The notes under the pieces are model-generated. The model saw only the letters and a program-made list of their open reading frames with translations, did no database searches and was not told the origin of the DNA. Source: Nitrosopumilaceae archaeon (GTDB lineage Archaea > Thermoproteota > Nitrososphaeria > Nitrososphaerales > Nitrosopumilaceae). Taken from it: a stretch of 32,000 bases of DNA. The position numbers were made by a program, and so were the translations under genes. The stretch is taken from positions 457,628 through 489,627 of the forward strand of contig OZ242376.1 in NCBI GenBank assembly GCA_965209085.1, in the 5' to 3' direction. This document shows positions 25,269 to 32,000 of the stretch, one piece after another; positions within the stretch are counted from its first letter, which is position 1; every line of letters begins with the position of its first letter.

Positions 25269-26405
25269 CTAGTCAGGATCTTCGTAGGATTCTTTTCTCC
25301 TAACGCCGGATGTCTGATCTTTCATGGACACCATTTTCTCATTTAGAATACTTATTCTTGCCTTGTATCCTTCAGCATATTCTAGCTCAGAGGGTACCAG
25401 TGTTGCCGGATGTATGAATCCCTGACTTCGCATGGCAAGCGCTTTTTTGACGGCAATTTGGCGTATATAGTCCCAGTCGGGAGTTGAAAATCCATCAAAG
25501 GGACCTGTAAATTTCCCATCATGCATGCTGAAAACCAAAGATTCGATTATTGGTATGCAAAAATCAATGGATGCTGCAGTGTTTAATTTTACGGGCATTA
25601 GCGGCATGTTGTGGCTTCCTCTTGTATTGCCTGCAACATAGTGCGGATTGTTAAAGACGCTTCCAGCTTCTTCTGTGGCTGGGAAATTTTTCTGCGTGCG
25701 TATCAAACATATCGGATCGTCTTTCCCAACATATGTTCCGGCAATGTTGTGCAGTCTGTCAGTTGATGCAGAAAGTATGGGTTCACCGTCTCTAGTTTCC
25801 ACAGTAGAAATCACATATCTTCCAGGATACATCAGCGCAGCTTCAATGGTAGGTTTGTCTTCCCACAACTGCAGCCGTGCAATCTTTCCTTCTTCAACAT
25901 CCATGATGTTCATGACGACACCTTCTGCCAAGGATTTGTTTACAATCAGTCCTGTATTGCTAAGACTGTCGACAAACAATTTGTACAACGGATAATTAAA
26001 TGCGCCAGGTTCTGTCTTGTCTGCTGCAAAAATTGTAAACGCCTCGTTTGCCCTCTCTTCAAATTCCAGTTCTGCAACTCCAGGACCCATGCCTTTGACA
26101 TTTCCTGAAAACGAATCCTTTAACAGATCCTGCCCCGCCCCGTACAGCCCTTCTTTTTTTGCCACCTCTGTGGCAGAAGAGAAAGCATCCCATGCAAGCT
26201 TGTGCACTTTGTCACTGTCAACTCCAAGAGTGTGTGACATTACAATGTGTATATCATCCCCGCAGTATCCGATATAATGATCAAGCAGCATGTTACCTGC
26301 ACCCTTTACGGTGGATCTTACAGCATCCAAGAGACCATCACTTGGCCTTGTATGTCCGCCTATGCCGCCAACATCGGCCTTTATCGCAGAAACGGTTATC
26401 TTCAT
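25269..26405 (-). CDS. fbp: fructose-1,6-bisphosphate aldolase/phosphatase (class V FBPase)
   Basis: The N-terminus MKITVSAIKADVGGIGGHTRP, the length (378 aa) and overall conservation are characteristic of the archaeal bifunctional FBP aldolase/phosphatase. Confidence 0.95.
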   Translation of the reverse strand: MKITVSAIKADVGGIGGHTRPSDGLLDAVRSTVKGAGNMLLDHYIGYCGDDIHIVMSHTLGVDSDKVHKLAWDAFSSATEVAKKEGLYGAGQDLLKDSFSGNVKGMGPGVAELEFEERANEAFTIFAADKTEPGAFNYPLYKLFVDSLSNTGLIVNKSLAEGVVMNIMDVEEGKIARLQLWEDKPTIEAALMYPGRYVISTVETRDGEPILSASTDRLHNIAGTYVGKDDPICLIRTQKNFPATEEAGSVFNNPHYVAGNTRGSHNMPLMPVKLNTAASIDFCIPIIESLVFSMHDGKFTGPFDGFSTPDWDYIRQIAVKKALAMRSQGFIHPATLVPSELEYAEGYKARISILNEKMVSMKDQTSGVRRKESYEDPD

Positions 26406-26529
26406 ATCCTATGATAGAATATCACCGATGATTTATGTGTAGTTTTCATAACTTTGGGTAAATCTATAAAATCACAATTTCTAACAAAAATCGCAAAGGT
26501 AATAAATGGCAATATTTGGTATGACATCG

Positions 26530-27828
26530 ATGGCAAAAAAAGACCACCTAAACCTAATCATAACAGGTCACATTGATAATGGAAAATCCACAACAATGGG
26601 TCACTTTTTGATGGATTTGGGCGTGGTTGACGAGAGAACAATACAATCCCATGCAGAAGAGTCTGAAAAGATCGGCAAGGGTGACACTTTCAAATATGCC
26701 TGGGTTATGGACAACATTAAAGACGAGAGAGAGCGTGGCATTACAATTGATCTGGCATTTCAGAAATTCGAGTCTACAAAATACTTTTTCACACTAATTG
26801 ACGCACCAGGACACCGAGACTTTATCAAAAACATGATTACAGGTGCTTCAGAGGCAGACTGTGCCGTTTTGGTTTTATCTGCCAAAGAAGGGGAAACTGA
26901 CACTGCCATAGCCCCGGGCGGACAAGCACGAGAGCACGCATTTTTATTAAAAACACTGGGCGTAAAACAGATTATCGTAGCCATCAATAAAATGGACAGT
27001 AGCAATTATTCCGAAGACGCATTCAAGGCTGCAAAGGAAAAAGGCGAAAAACTCATCAAATCCGTCGGTTACAAAGCGGATACTGTACCATTCATCCCAA
27101 TATCTGGCTGGATAGGGGACAATTTGGTTAAAAAATCAGAAAACATGTCTTGGTATGGGGGAAAAACCCTGCTAGAAGCCTTTGATGACTTTATACTAGA
27201 GGAAAAACCAACGGGCAAACCATTGCGCGTACCAATCCAGGATGTTTATACAATTACTGGAGTTGGAACAGTACCGGTAGGACGTGTAGAAACTGGAGTA
27301 ATGAAACCAAACGACAAGATCATTATAATGCCTTCAGGTGCCGTAGGCGAGATTAAATCCATTGAAACTCACCATACCCAACTAGACTCTGCGTCCGCAG
27401 GAGACAACGTGGGATTCAACCTTCGTGGAATAGAGAAAAAAGACATCCAGCGCGGCGATGTCATGGGCTCTCCGAGTGCACCTCCAAACGTGGCAAAAGA
27501 ATTCCTTGCACAGATTATTGTTATCCACCATCCAACTGCACTAGCTCCTGGATATACCCCAGTCATGCACTGTCATACCGCACAAGTGGCCGCAACAATT
27601 ACCGAATTTGTATCAAAGATAAACCCTGCAACCGGCGCTGAAGATGAAAAATCTCCAAAATTCCTAAAGGCGGGTGATTCTGCAATTGTAAAAATCCGTC
27701 CAGTAAGACCAACTCCTATAGAAACATTCCAGGAATTCCCAGAAATGGGCCGTTTTGCCCTGCGTGACATGGGCGCGACTATTGCTGCTGGTGTCGTAAA
27801 AGAAATTACCGAAGCACACCAGGTATAA
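26530..27828 (+). CDS. tuf: translation elongation factor EF-1 alpha
   Basis: GTPase motifs GHIDNGKST, DAPGHRDF and NKMD are present, followed by EF-Tu domains 2 and 3. ATG 26530 (MAKKDHLNLII) is preferred; an upstream in-frame ATG at 26506 is possible. A TATAAAA box lies at 26465-26471. Confidence 0.97.
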   Translation: MAKKDHLNLIITGHIDNGKSTTMGHFLMDLGVVDERTIQSHAEESEKIGKGDTFKYAWVMDNIKDERERGITIDLAFQKFESTKYFFTLIDAPGHRDFIKNMITGASEADCAVLVLSAKEGETDTAIAPGGQAREHAFLLKTLGVKQIIVAINKMDSSNYSEDAFKAAKEKGEKLIKSVGYKADTVPFIPISGWIGDNLVKKSENMSWYGGKTLLEAFDDFILEEKPTGKPLRVPIQDVYTITGVGTVPVGRVETGVMKPNDKIIIMPSGAVGEIKSIETHHTQLDSASAGDNVGFNLRGIEKKDIQRGDVMGSPSAPPNVAKEFLAQIIVIHHPTALAPGYTPVMHCHTAQVAATITEFVSKINPATGAEDEKSPKFLKAGDSAIVKIRPVRPTPIETFQEFPEMGRFALRDMGATIAAGVVKEITEAHQV

Positions 27829-27838
27829 GCGGATTCAA

Positions 27839-28147
27839 ATGACGCAGCCTGCCCGTGTCAAACTCACAAGCACAGATATTAAAAAACTCGATGGCGTATG
27901 CGCTGAGATTATGGGCATTGGTAAAAAAACAGGCGTAAAGATCAAAGGTCCGATACCACTGCCACTCAAAAAACTGCACATTGCAACCAGAAAATCACCG
28001 TGCGGCAGTGGCACTGAAACGTATGAGAAATGGGAGATGCGTCTGCATAGAAGAGTTATTGACATAAGCGCCGATGACAAGGCGATAAGACAGCTCATGA
28101 GACTAAAAATGCCAGATGATGTTCAAATAGAGCTGACCCTGACGTGA
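27839..28147 (+). CDS. rps10: 30S ribosomal protein S10 (uS10)
   Basis: The 102-aa product reads ARVKLTSTDIKKLDGVCAEI...IKGPIPLPLKKLHIATRKSPCGSGTETYEKWEMRLHRRVIDI. It sits immediately downstream of EF-1alpha, as in the conserved archaeal tuf-rps10 arrangement. Confidence 0.95.
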   Translation: MTQPARVKLTSTDIKKLDGVCAEIMGIGKKTGVKIKGPIPLPLKKLHIATRKSPCGSGTETYEKWEMRLHRRVIDISADDKAIRQLMRLKMPDDVQIELTLT

Positions 28148-28184
28148 TTGCCTTTATTATGGGGTATTTTGGAGCAGGATACTG

Positions 28185-28397
28185 ATGGTTAATGAAGAGC
28201 TTTCTGAAAATGAAGAAACTGAAATGCCAGCAGAGGAGCCCAAAGTTCAACATGATGTCTTTTACAAATGTCTGCGTTGTGGAACGCATGCGTCAAATAC
28301 GGAACTAGACAAACTGCCAGAGATAAAATGCATTTGTGGATTTAGAGTTTTTACCAAAGTTCGGCCCGAAATGCCAAAAATTGTAAACGCGATATAA
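28185..28397 (+). CDS. rpoP: DNA-directed RNA polymerase subunit P (Rpo12 / RPABC4) with acidic N-terminal extension
   Basis: The zinc ribbon YKCLRCG...IKCICGFRVFTKVRPEMPKIVNAI closely matches the crenarchaeal RpoP C-terminus as I recall it (...[24 protein letters not shown]). Possible starts are ATG 28185 or ATG 28224. Confidence 0.8.
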   Translation: MVNEELSENEETEMPAEEPKVQHDVFYKCLRCGTHASNTELDKLPEIKCICGFRVFTKVRPEMPKIVNAI

Positions 28398-28408
28398 CAT
28401 TAAACATT

Positions 28409-28819
28409 TTATCCAAACTGTGATTTTTGTCCGTCCCAGCACGTTCTGCACAAATGTCCGTTTATTTTCCATTTTGGTTTTGGATTATATCTGATTAAAC
28501 CCATCTTTGCACCGCATAAAACGCAAAAGTTTTTCTTTTTTTCATGCGTGTTTTCTTTATTATCAAAGCAGGCCTTGCACAACAGTCCTTCCATGTCCCA
28601 CTGCCACCGCGGCTCCCACAAGTCGGTAATCTTGTAGCTTGTACTGCATATGATGCACGGCTGCCTTGCCTTGCCCTCATAATATTCCTGTGTCTTATCC
28701 ACATGGCAGTCGCCGCACAATTTGCCCTTTAGGTTCCATTCTTTTCTCGGTTTGTGCATATGCGAGGCATTCTTGCCGCATATGATGCACGGTTCATTCT
28801 TTCTGTTAAAGAGGCCCAT
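28409..28819 (-). CDS. triple zinc-ribbon repeat protein (function unknown)
   Basis: It has three repeats of CxxC-(20 to 22 aa)-CxxC: C11/C14...C35/C38, C55/C58...C81/C84 and C99/C102...C124/C127. Each has a conserved W-x-[LMI]-x-G-x-L-C (EWNLKGKLC, QWDMEGLLC, KWKINGHLC). Confidence 0.7.
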   Translation of the reverse strand: MGLFNRKNEPCIICGKNASHMHKPRKEWNLKGKLCGDCHVDKTQEYYEGKARQPCIICSTSYKITDLWEPRWQWDMEGLLCKACFDNKENTHEKKKNFCVLCGAKMGLIRYNPKPKWKINGHLCRTCWDGQKSQFG

Positions 28820-28894
28820 GAATTAAAGCAAATATCTCTTTAATAATATGTTATCTCATTTTATTTGGGGAAAATTTTTAACTATGCCATACTG

Positions 28895-29107
28895 ATGACT
28901 TTCATGTACTATAACTTTGAGCTTGTCATGGCTGGAGCAATTCTGCTTACGGCAATGCTGATCGGGGGCATAGCATTGCGGGTAAGACGTTCACGCAGCA
29001 TCGATGAAACACCGGATGCAAACCCGCTGGAGGGTGCGGATGCAAAAAATACCTGGCCTGATGTACGGGAAGATACGGATGATGAGAGATCTGACTCGCA
29101 GACATAA
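28895..29107 (+). CDS. possible small membrane protein with acidic tail
   Basis: ATG at 28895 gives MTFMYYNFELVMAGAILLTAMLIGGIALRVRRSRS..., that is one TM helix plus an acidic C-terminus. No homology recognised. Confidence 0.3.
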   Translation: MTFMYYNFELVMAGAILLTAMLIGGIALRVRRSRSIDETPDANPLEGADAKNTWPDVREDTDDERSDSQT

Positions 29108-29136
29108 AATAGCCGTATCTGCAAACTTGTTTTGAA

Positions 29137-29694
29137 ATGAATCTAATCGTGGGAATAACAGGAAGTACCGGCGTCATATACGGAATAAGACTGCTTGAGA
29201 CTTTGAAGAAACTGGGCGTAAACGTGCATCTTGTTATGAGCGAGTGGGCCGCAAAATGCATTCCAATGGAGACTGAATATACATCAGAGCAGGTAAAAAA
29301 ATTGGCAGGAGTGCACTCGGATCCTTCAAACATGGCATCATCAATTTCTAGTGGAACACACAAGTCAGATGGCATGATCGTCGCACCGTGCAGCATGAAG
29401 ACACTTGCTGCAATATCGTGCGGATACGATGACACACTAGTGGCCCGTGCGGCCGGAGTTACAATAAAAGAATCACGAAAACTAGTTTTAATGGCAAGGG
29501 AGACGCCTCTTTCGGCAATACATCTTGAAAACATGCTGAAACTTTCAAGACTTGGAGTTGTAATTCTCCCGCCCGTGGCAGAATTTTATACAAAGCCTAA
29601 AACAATATCTGACATGGTGGATCATGGAGTGGGAAAATGCCTTGATCAATTCAACATACCGCATACATTGTATGAGAGATGGGGCGGCAACTAG
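29137..29694 (+). CDS. ubiX: flavin prenyltransferase UbiX/Pad1 family
   Basis: The sequence MNLIVGITGSTGVIYGIRLLETL...MIVAPCSMKTLAAISCGYDDTLVARAAGVTIKESRKLVLMARETPLS...VILPPVAEFYTKPKTISDMVDHGVGKCLD is typical of UbiX flavoproteins. Confidence 0.9.
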   Translation: MNLIVGITGSTGVIYGIRLLETLKKLGVNVHLVMSEWAAKCIPMETEYTSEQVKKLAGVHSDPSNMASSISSGTHKSDGMIVAPCSMKTLAAISCGYDDTLVARAAGVTIKESRKLVLMARETPLSAIHLENMLKLSRLGVVILPPVAEFYTKPKTISDMVDHGVGKCLDQFNIPHTLYERWGGN

Positions 29695-29711
29695 TGATAT
29701 CCTGGCGGATA

Positions 29712-30140
29712 ATGCGACACATAACCTTTGATGTGAAAATAAGCGCCGACATTGAAAAAGCATTTGCAATCTCTACAAACTATGCAAATTTGCACACTGT
29801 AACAAACGGATTCTACACCCTCTCAAAAACACGATCAACTAGAAAGACCTCGACACTTGTCGGACATCGCATACTTGTTTTAAAAAACACTCTTGTTGTA
29901 ATGATAAAACATGTCATAGAGGATGGGTACGTGCACAAATCATACTGGGTCGGAGGGGATGCAAAGGGAAGCATCATATCTGAAACGTATGAAAAATCCG
30001 AAAATGAAACCATACTGCATGTTGATGCGCAGCTTAACCTGCCATTTTTTTTGGCATTAAAATCCGTATTTTATTCTAAAAAACTTGAATCAAACCTGCA
30101 ACATATGGCGCAGGGTATTGCACGTGCTGCAGAATCCTAG
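29712..30140 (+). CDS. hypothetical protein, possibly SRPBCC/START-like
   Basis: ATG at 29712 gives MRHITFDVKISADIEKAFAISTNYANLHTV..., which resembles the N-terminal beta-alpha start of polyketide-cyclase/SRPBCC proteins. The assignment is weak. Confidence 0.45.
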   Translation: MRHITFDVKISADIEKAFAISTNYANLHTVTNGFYTLSKTRSTRKTSTLVGHRILVLKNTLVVMIKHVIEDGYVHKSYWVGGDAKGSIISETYEKSENETILHVDAQLNLPFFLALKSVFYSKKLESNLQHMAQGIARAAES

Positions 30141-30337
30141 GATTCGTCATTTTTATCTTTGAATTTTTTCAACTCATCGTCGCCTTCAAGTTTGCCTTTT
30201 TCAAATTCGCCTTTTGCCTTGCCAAACGTCTTTGCAAGCTCTGGTATTTTTTTTACCCCAAAGATTAGCACTGCGGCAATCACTATGACGATTATCAATT
30301 CCTGACCTGCAATAAAACCTGAAACCAATCCGAGCAT
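30137..30337 (-). CDS. tatA: twin-arginine translocase subunit TatA/E
   Basis: The 66-aa product has an N-terminal TM helix followed by FGVKKIPELAKTFGKAKGEFEKGK (the TatA hinge/amphipathic motif). It lies directly downstream of tatC. Confidence 0.8.
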   Translation of the reverse strand: MLGLVSGFIAGQELIIVIVIAAVLIFGVKKIPELAKTFGKAKGEFEKGKLEGDDELKKFKDKNDES

Positions 30338-30370
30338 ACCCTAAATGCACGGAATTTAGATTTAAGTGTT

Positions 30371-31141
30371 TTACACGCCAGATTCTTTTTTATTTTTACG
30401 CTCGTACCTTTCTGCAGCTATCATGCCTCCAAAATATAGGCCTATCATGGGGCCTGCAATGAACCACATGGTGATGCCGCTGCCGTCAGGCGTGATAGCT
30501 GCACCGAATATCACAATGGCTACGATGGCATAGCGTATGTTTTTCCTCCAAAATTTCCCCCCCGTCATTCCGGATGCTGTAAACGCGTACATTACCAGCG
30601 GAAGCTGAAACGACATTCCAAACGCAATCAAAAATTGGAGCACAAATCCGATAAAATCCATGACGTTAAGAAACGTCACAAGTCCGGAAGATTCGCCGTA
30701 TGTGTACAAAAAATCCAGTATGTACGGAATGACTGCCACGTATGAAAATATGCATCCTCCAAGAAACAAAAAAAGCGCGGGAAGTGCAATGCTTCGGCTA
30801 ATCTTTACCTCTGTTTCTTTTAGTGCCGGCGCCAAAAATCCCACAGCCTCGCGGACTAGGATCGGCATTGAACATACGACTGATACAAGTGCTGCAATGT
30901 ACACTTGGGCAAAAAATGCCTGACCTGGAGCAGTCTGTATAAGCTGCACGTTTTCTGGAACCAGAGTATCCCGCATATAGTTTGTTATCTGTGCTGCAAT
31001 ATTGTTGAGCGGTTCAGGCGTTGGATAATACAGCGTGAGTCCATACAGCTCGAACGGTTCTGCATGAAATGTTATCAGAAAAACGGTAATTACACCAACT
31101 GCAACAGCGGATCTTAAAACACGTTTTCGTATCTCTTCCAA
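30371..31141 (-). CDS. tatC: twin-arginine translocase subunit TatC
   Basis: It is a six-TM protein of 256 aa with TatC-like segments (GQAFFAQVYIAALVSVV, LAPALKETE, ALPALFLFLGGCIFSYVAVIPYILDFL, ITPDGSG). Confidence 0.9.
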   Translation of the reverse strand: MEEIRKRVLRSAVAVGVITVFLITFHAEPFELYGLTLYYPTPEPLNNIAAQITNYMRDTLVPENVQLIQTAPGQAFFAQVYIAALVSVVCSMPILVREAVGFLAPALKETEVKISRSIALPALFLFLGGCIFSYVAVIPYILDFLYTYGESSGLVTFLNVMDFIGFVLQFLIAFGMSFQLPLVMYAFTASGMTGGKFWRKNIRYAIVAIVIFGAAITPDGSGITMWFIAGPMIGLYFGGMIAAERYERKNKKESGV

Positions 31142-31192
31142 ATGAGGACCGATTTCGCCGGCTGCATACTTTATGATGCCCCGCCTCCAAAC

Positions 31193-31696
31193 TTACTTGC
31201 CCGCTATGGGAAGCAGCTTTGCCTCTGGAAGACCGTAAGATTTTGCATCCTCTTCGAGCATGTCTGCAAATTCCAGTGTAATGATGGCCTTTGTGTTAAA
31301 TTTAGATTCCAAATCGGATGCAAGCTGTGATATCTCTTTTGGAGAATATATGATCTTTGAATCTTCCAAAATGATTCTCTGGCCTTTTTCAAGCGGTTTT
31401 CCGCCGAATTTGTCCTTTAGGAAATTTGTAATATTTGGAACTTCCTTTTGATCAATGTTGTTGTGGTAAAAGGATATTCCTTTGATTGATTTGTAATTGT
31501 TTGGGGTTCCATGCCTGTACAGAAATACGCCGATGTATATTGCCTCCTCCTCCGGTGCACGCACGCACTTTATGTCCCAGTTTAACAGCTTGTCCTCCGG
31601 ATATGAACACTTTGCAACCTCTTTTGATTCCATTTTCCAATATCTGCATCTTGCCATATGATGTGGTATCATTTTGTCTGATATAAATACAACCAA
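31193..31696 (-). CDS. hypothetical protein
   Basis: This is a 167-codon ORF with balanced composition, divergent from purS. No motif recognised, and the start is uncertain (several in-frame Met). Confidence 0.5.
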   Translation of the reverse strand: MVVFISDKMIPHHMARCRYWKMESKEVAKCSYPEDKLLNWDIKCVRAPEEEAIYIGVFLYRHGTPNNYKSIKGISFYHNNIDQKEVPNITNFLKDKFGGKPLEKGQRIILEDSKIIYSPKEISQLASDLESKFNTKAIITLEFADMLEEDAKSYGLPEAKLLPIAGK

Positions 31697-31742
31697 ATGA
31701 CGTGGGATAGGTAATTATGCTTTGACTTTATGTACGCATCTT

Positions 31743-32000
31743 GTGGATACATACACAGTCAAGATTGTGATAGAAAACAAACCCGGAATCAACGATCCGG
31801 AAGGGGAAACAATACTGAATGATTTGATTCTCAAAGGTTCAGACTCCAAGATCACCGACGTTCGGACTGCCAAAATGCTTACCATAAAGATGCGGGAAAA
31901 ATCCCCCAATGATGCAAAAAAAAGAACACAGAAAATGTGCGATGAGATGCGAATCTACAATCCGATGGTAAGCCAAATTTCAATTTCTGTCTCAAAGGCG
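31743..32000 (+). CDS. purS: phosphoribosylformylglycinamidine synthase subunit PurS, 3' end at or beyond the window edge
   Basis: This gene is not in the ORF track. GTG at 31743 opens (M)DTYTVKIVIENKPGINDPEGETILNDLILKGSDSKITDVRTAKMLTIKMREKSPNDAKKRTQKMCDEMRIYNPMVSQISISVSKA, which has the PurS pattern (K.GI.DPEG.TI...L, VR..K, L.NP....). The frame is open to base 32000 with no stop. Confidence 0.7.
   Translation, partial: MDTYTVKIVIENKPGINDPEGETILNDLILKGSDSKITDVRTAKMLTIKMREKSPNDAKKRTQKMCDEMRIYNPMVSQISISVSKA

Noticed and set aside
26406-26505. Intergenic regions scanned for tRNA, rRNA or C/D-box sRNA (also 12024-12228, 14413-14636, 20189-20513 and 28148-28184).
   Set aside because: I found no cloverleaf-compatible sequence, no GTTCGAATC-type T-arm and no RUGAUGA...CUGA box pair. 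This is a by-eye negative only, and tRNAscan-SE or Infernal should be run.

Overview
This is an archaeal chromosomal window. Gene content suggests an ammonia-oxidising thaumarchaeon (Nitrosopumilales-like), but that is inference with no database check. It falls into three blocks.

(1) 1-12023 is core. It holds a partial IPMDH/IDH-family gene, archaeal aspS, an orphan Opp/Dpp-type ABC ATPase, a DedA-like membrane protein and a fused family-4 UDG::3-methyladenine glycosylase. It also holds a PIN-ATPase-KH protein, a DtxR-family repressor, a tandem-DUF192 protein, a TauE/SafE permease and a 576-aa two-domain SDR that resembles half of the Chloroflexus malonyl-CoA reductase.

(2) About 12.0-21.05 kb is an AT-rich accessory island saturated with IS remnants. 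It contains five defective IS-derived elements from four families: two IS3-like copies sharing the same frameshifts, an IS4/IS5-like DDE pseudogene, a DDE_Tnp_4 pseudogene, and an IS110 with an in-frame TGA. Its cargo is a very AT-rich secreted or anchored glycoprotein-like ORF built partly from 21-bp heptad repeats, an AbrB-like regulator plus MT-A70 adenine methyltransferase operon preceded by four TAGGTTA repeats around a TATA-like box, and an intact PD-(D/E)XK nuclease ORF. The nuclease sits 2.8 kb downstream of the methyltransferase, separated from it by two IS remnants.

(3) 21.1-32 kb is core again: two hypothetical genes, endA, a DUF47 gene, ATP-dependent DNA ligase, FBP aldolase/phosphatase, EF-1alpha, S10, Rpo12/RpoP, a triple zinc-ribbon protein, ubiX, an SRPBCC-like gene, tatA, tatC and partial purS.

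I saw no rRNA, tRNA or CRISPR array by eye. The best leads are the IS-split C-M-R-like restriction-modification candidate with its operator repeats, the Mcr-like SDR lacking the canonical YxxxK lysine, the UDG::MPG fusion, and a nested stem-loop 3' of the IS110 gene (possible bridge-type RNA). All functional calls rest on motif recognition by eye and need HMM or BLAST confirmation.
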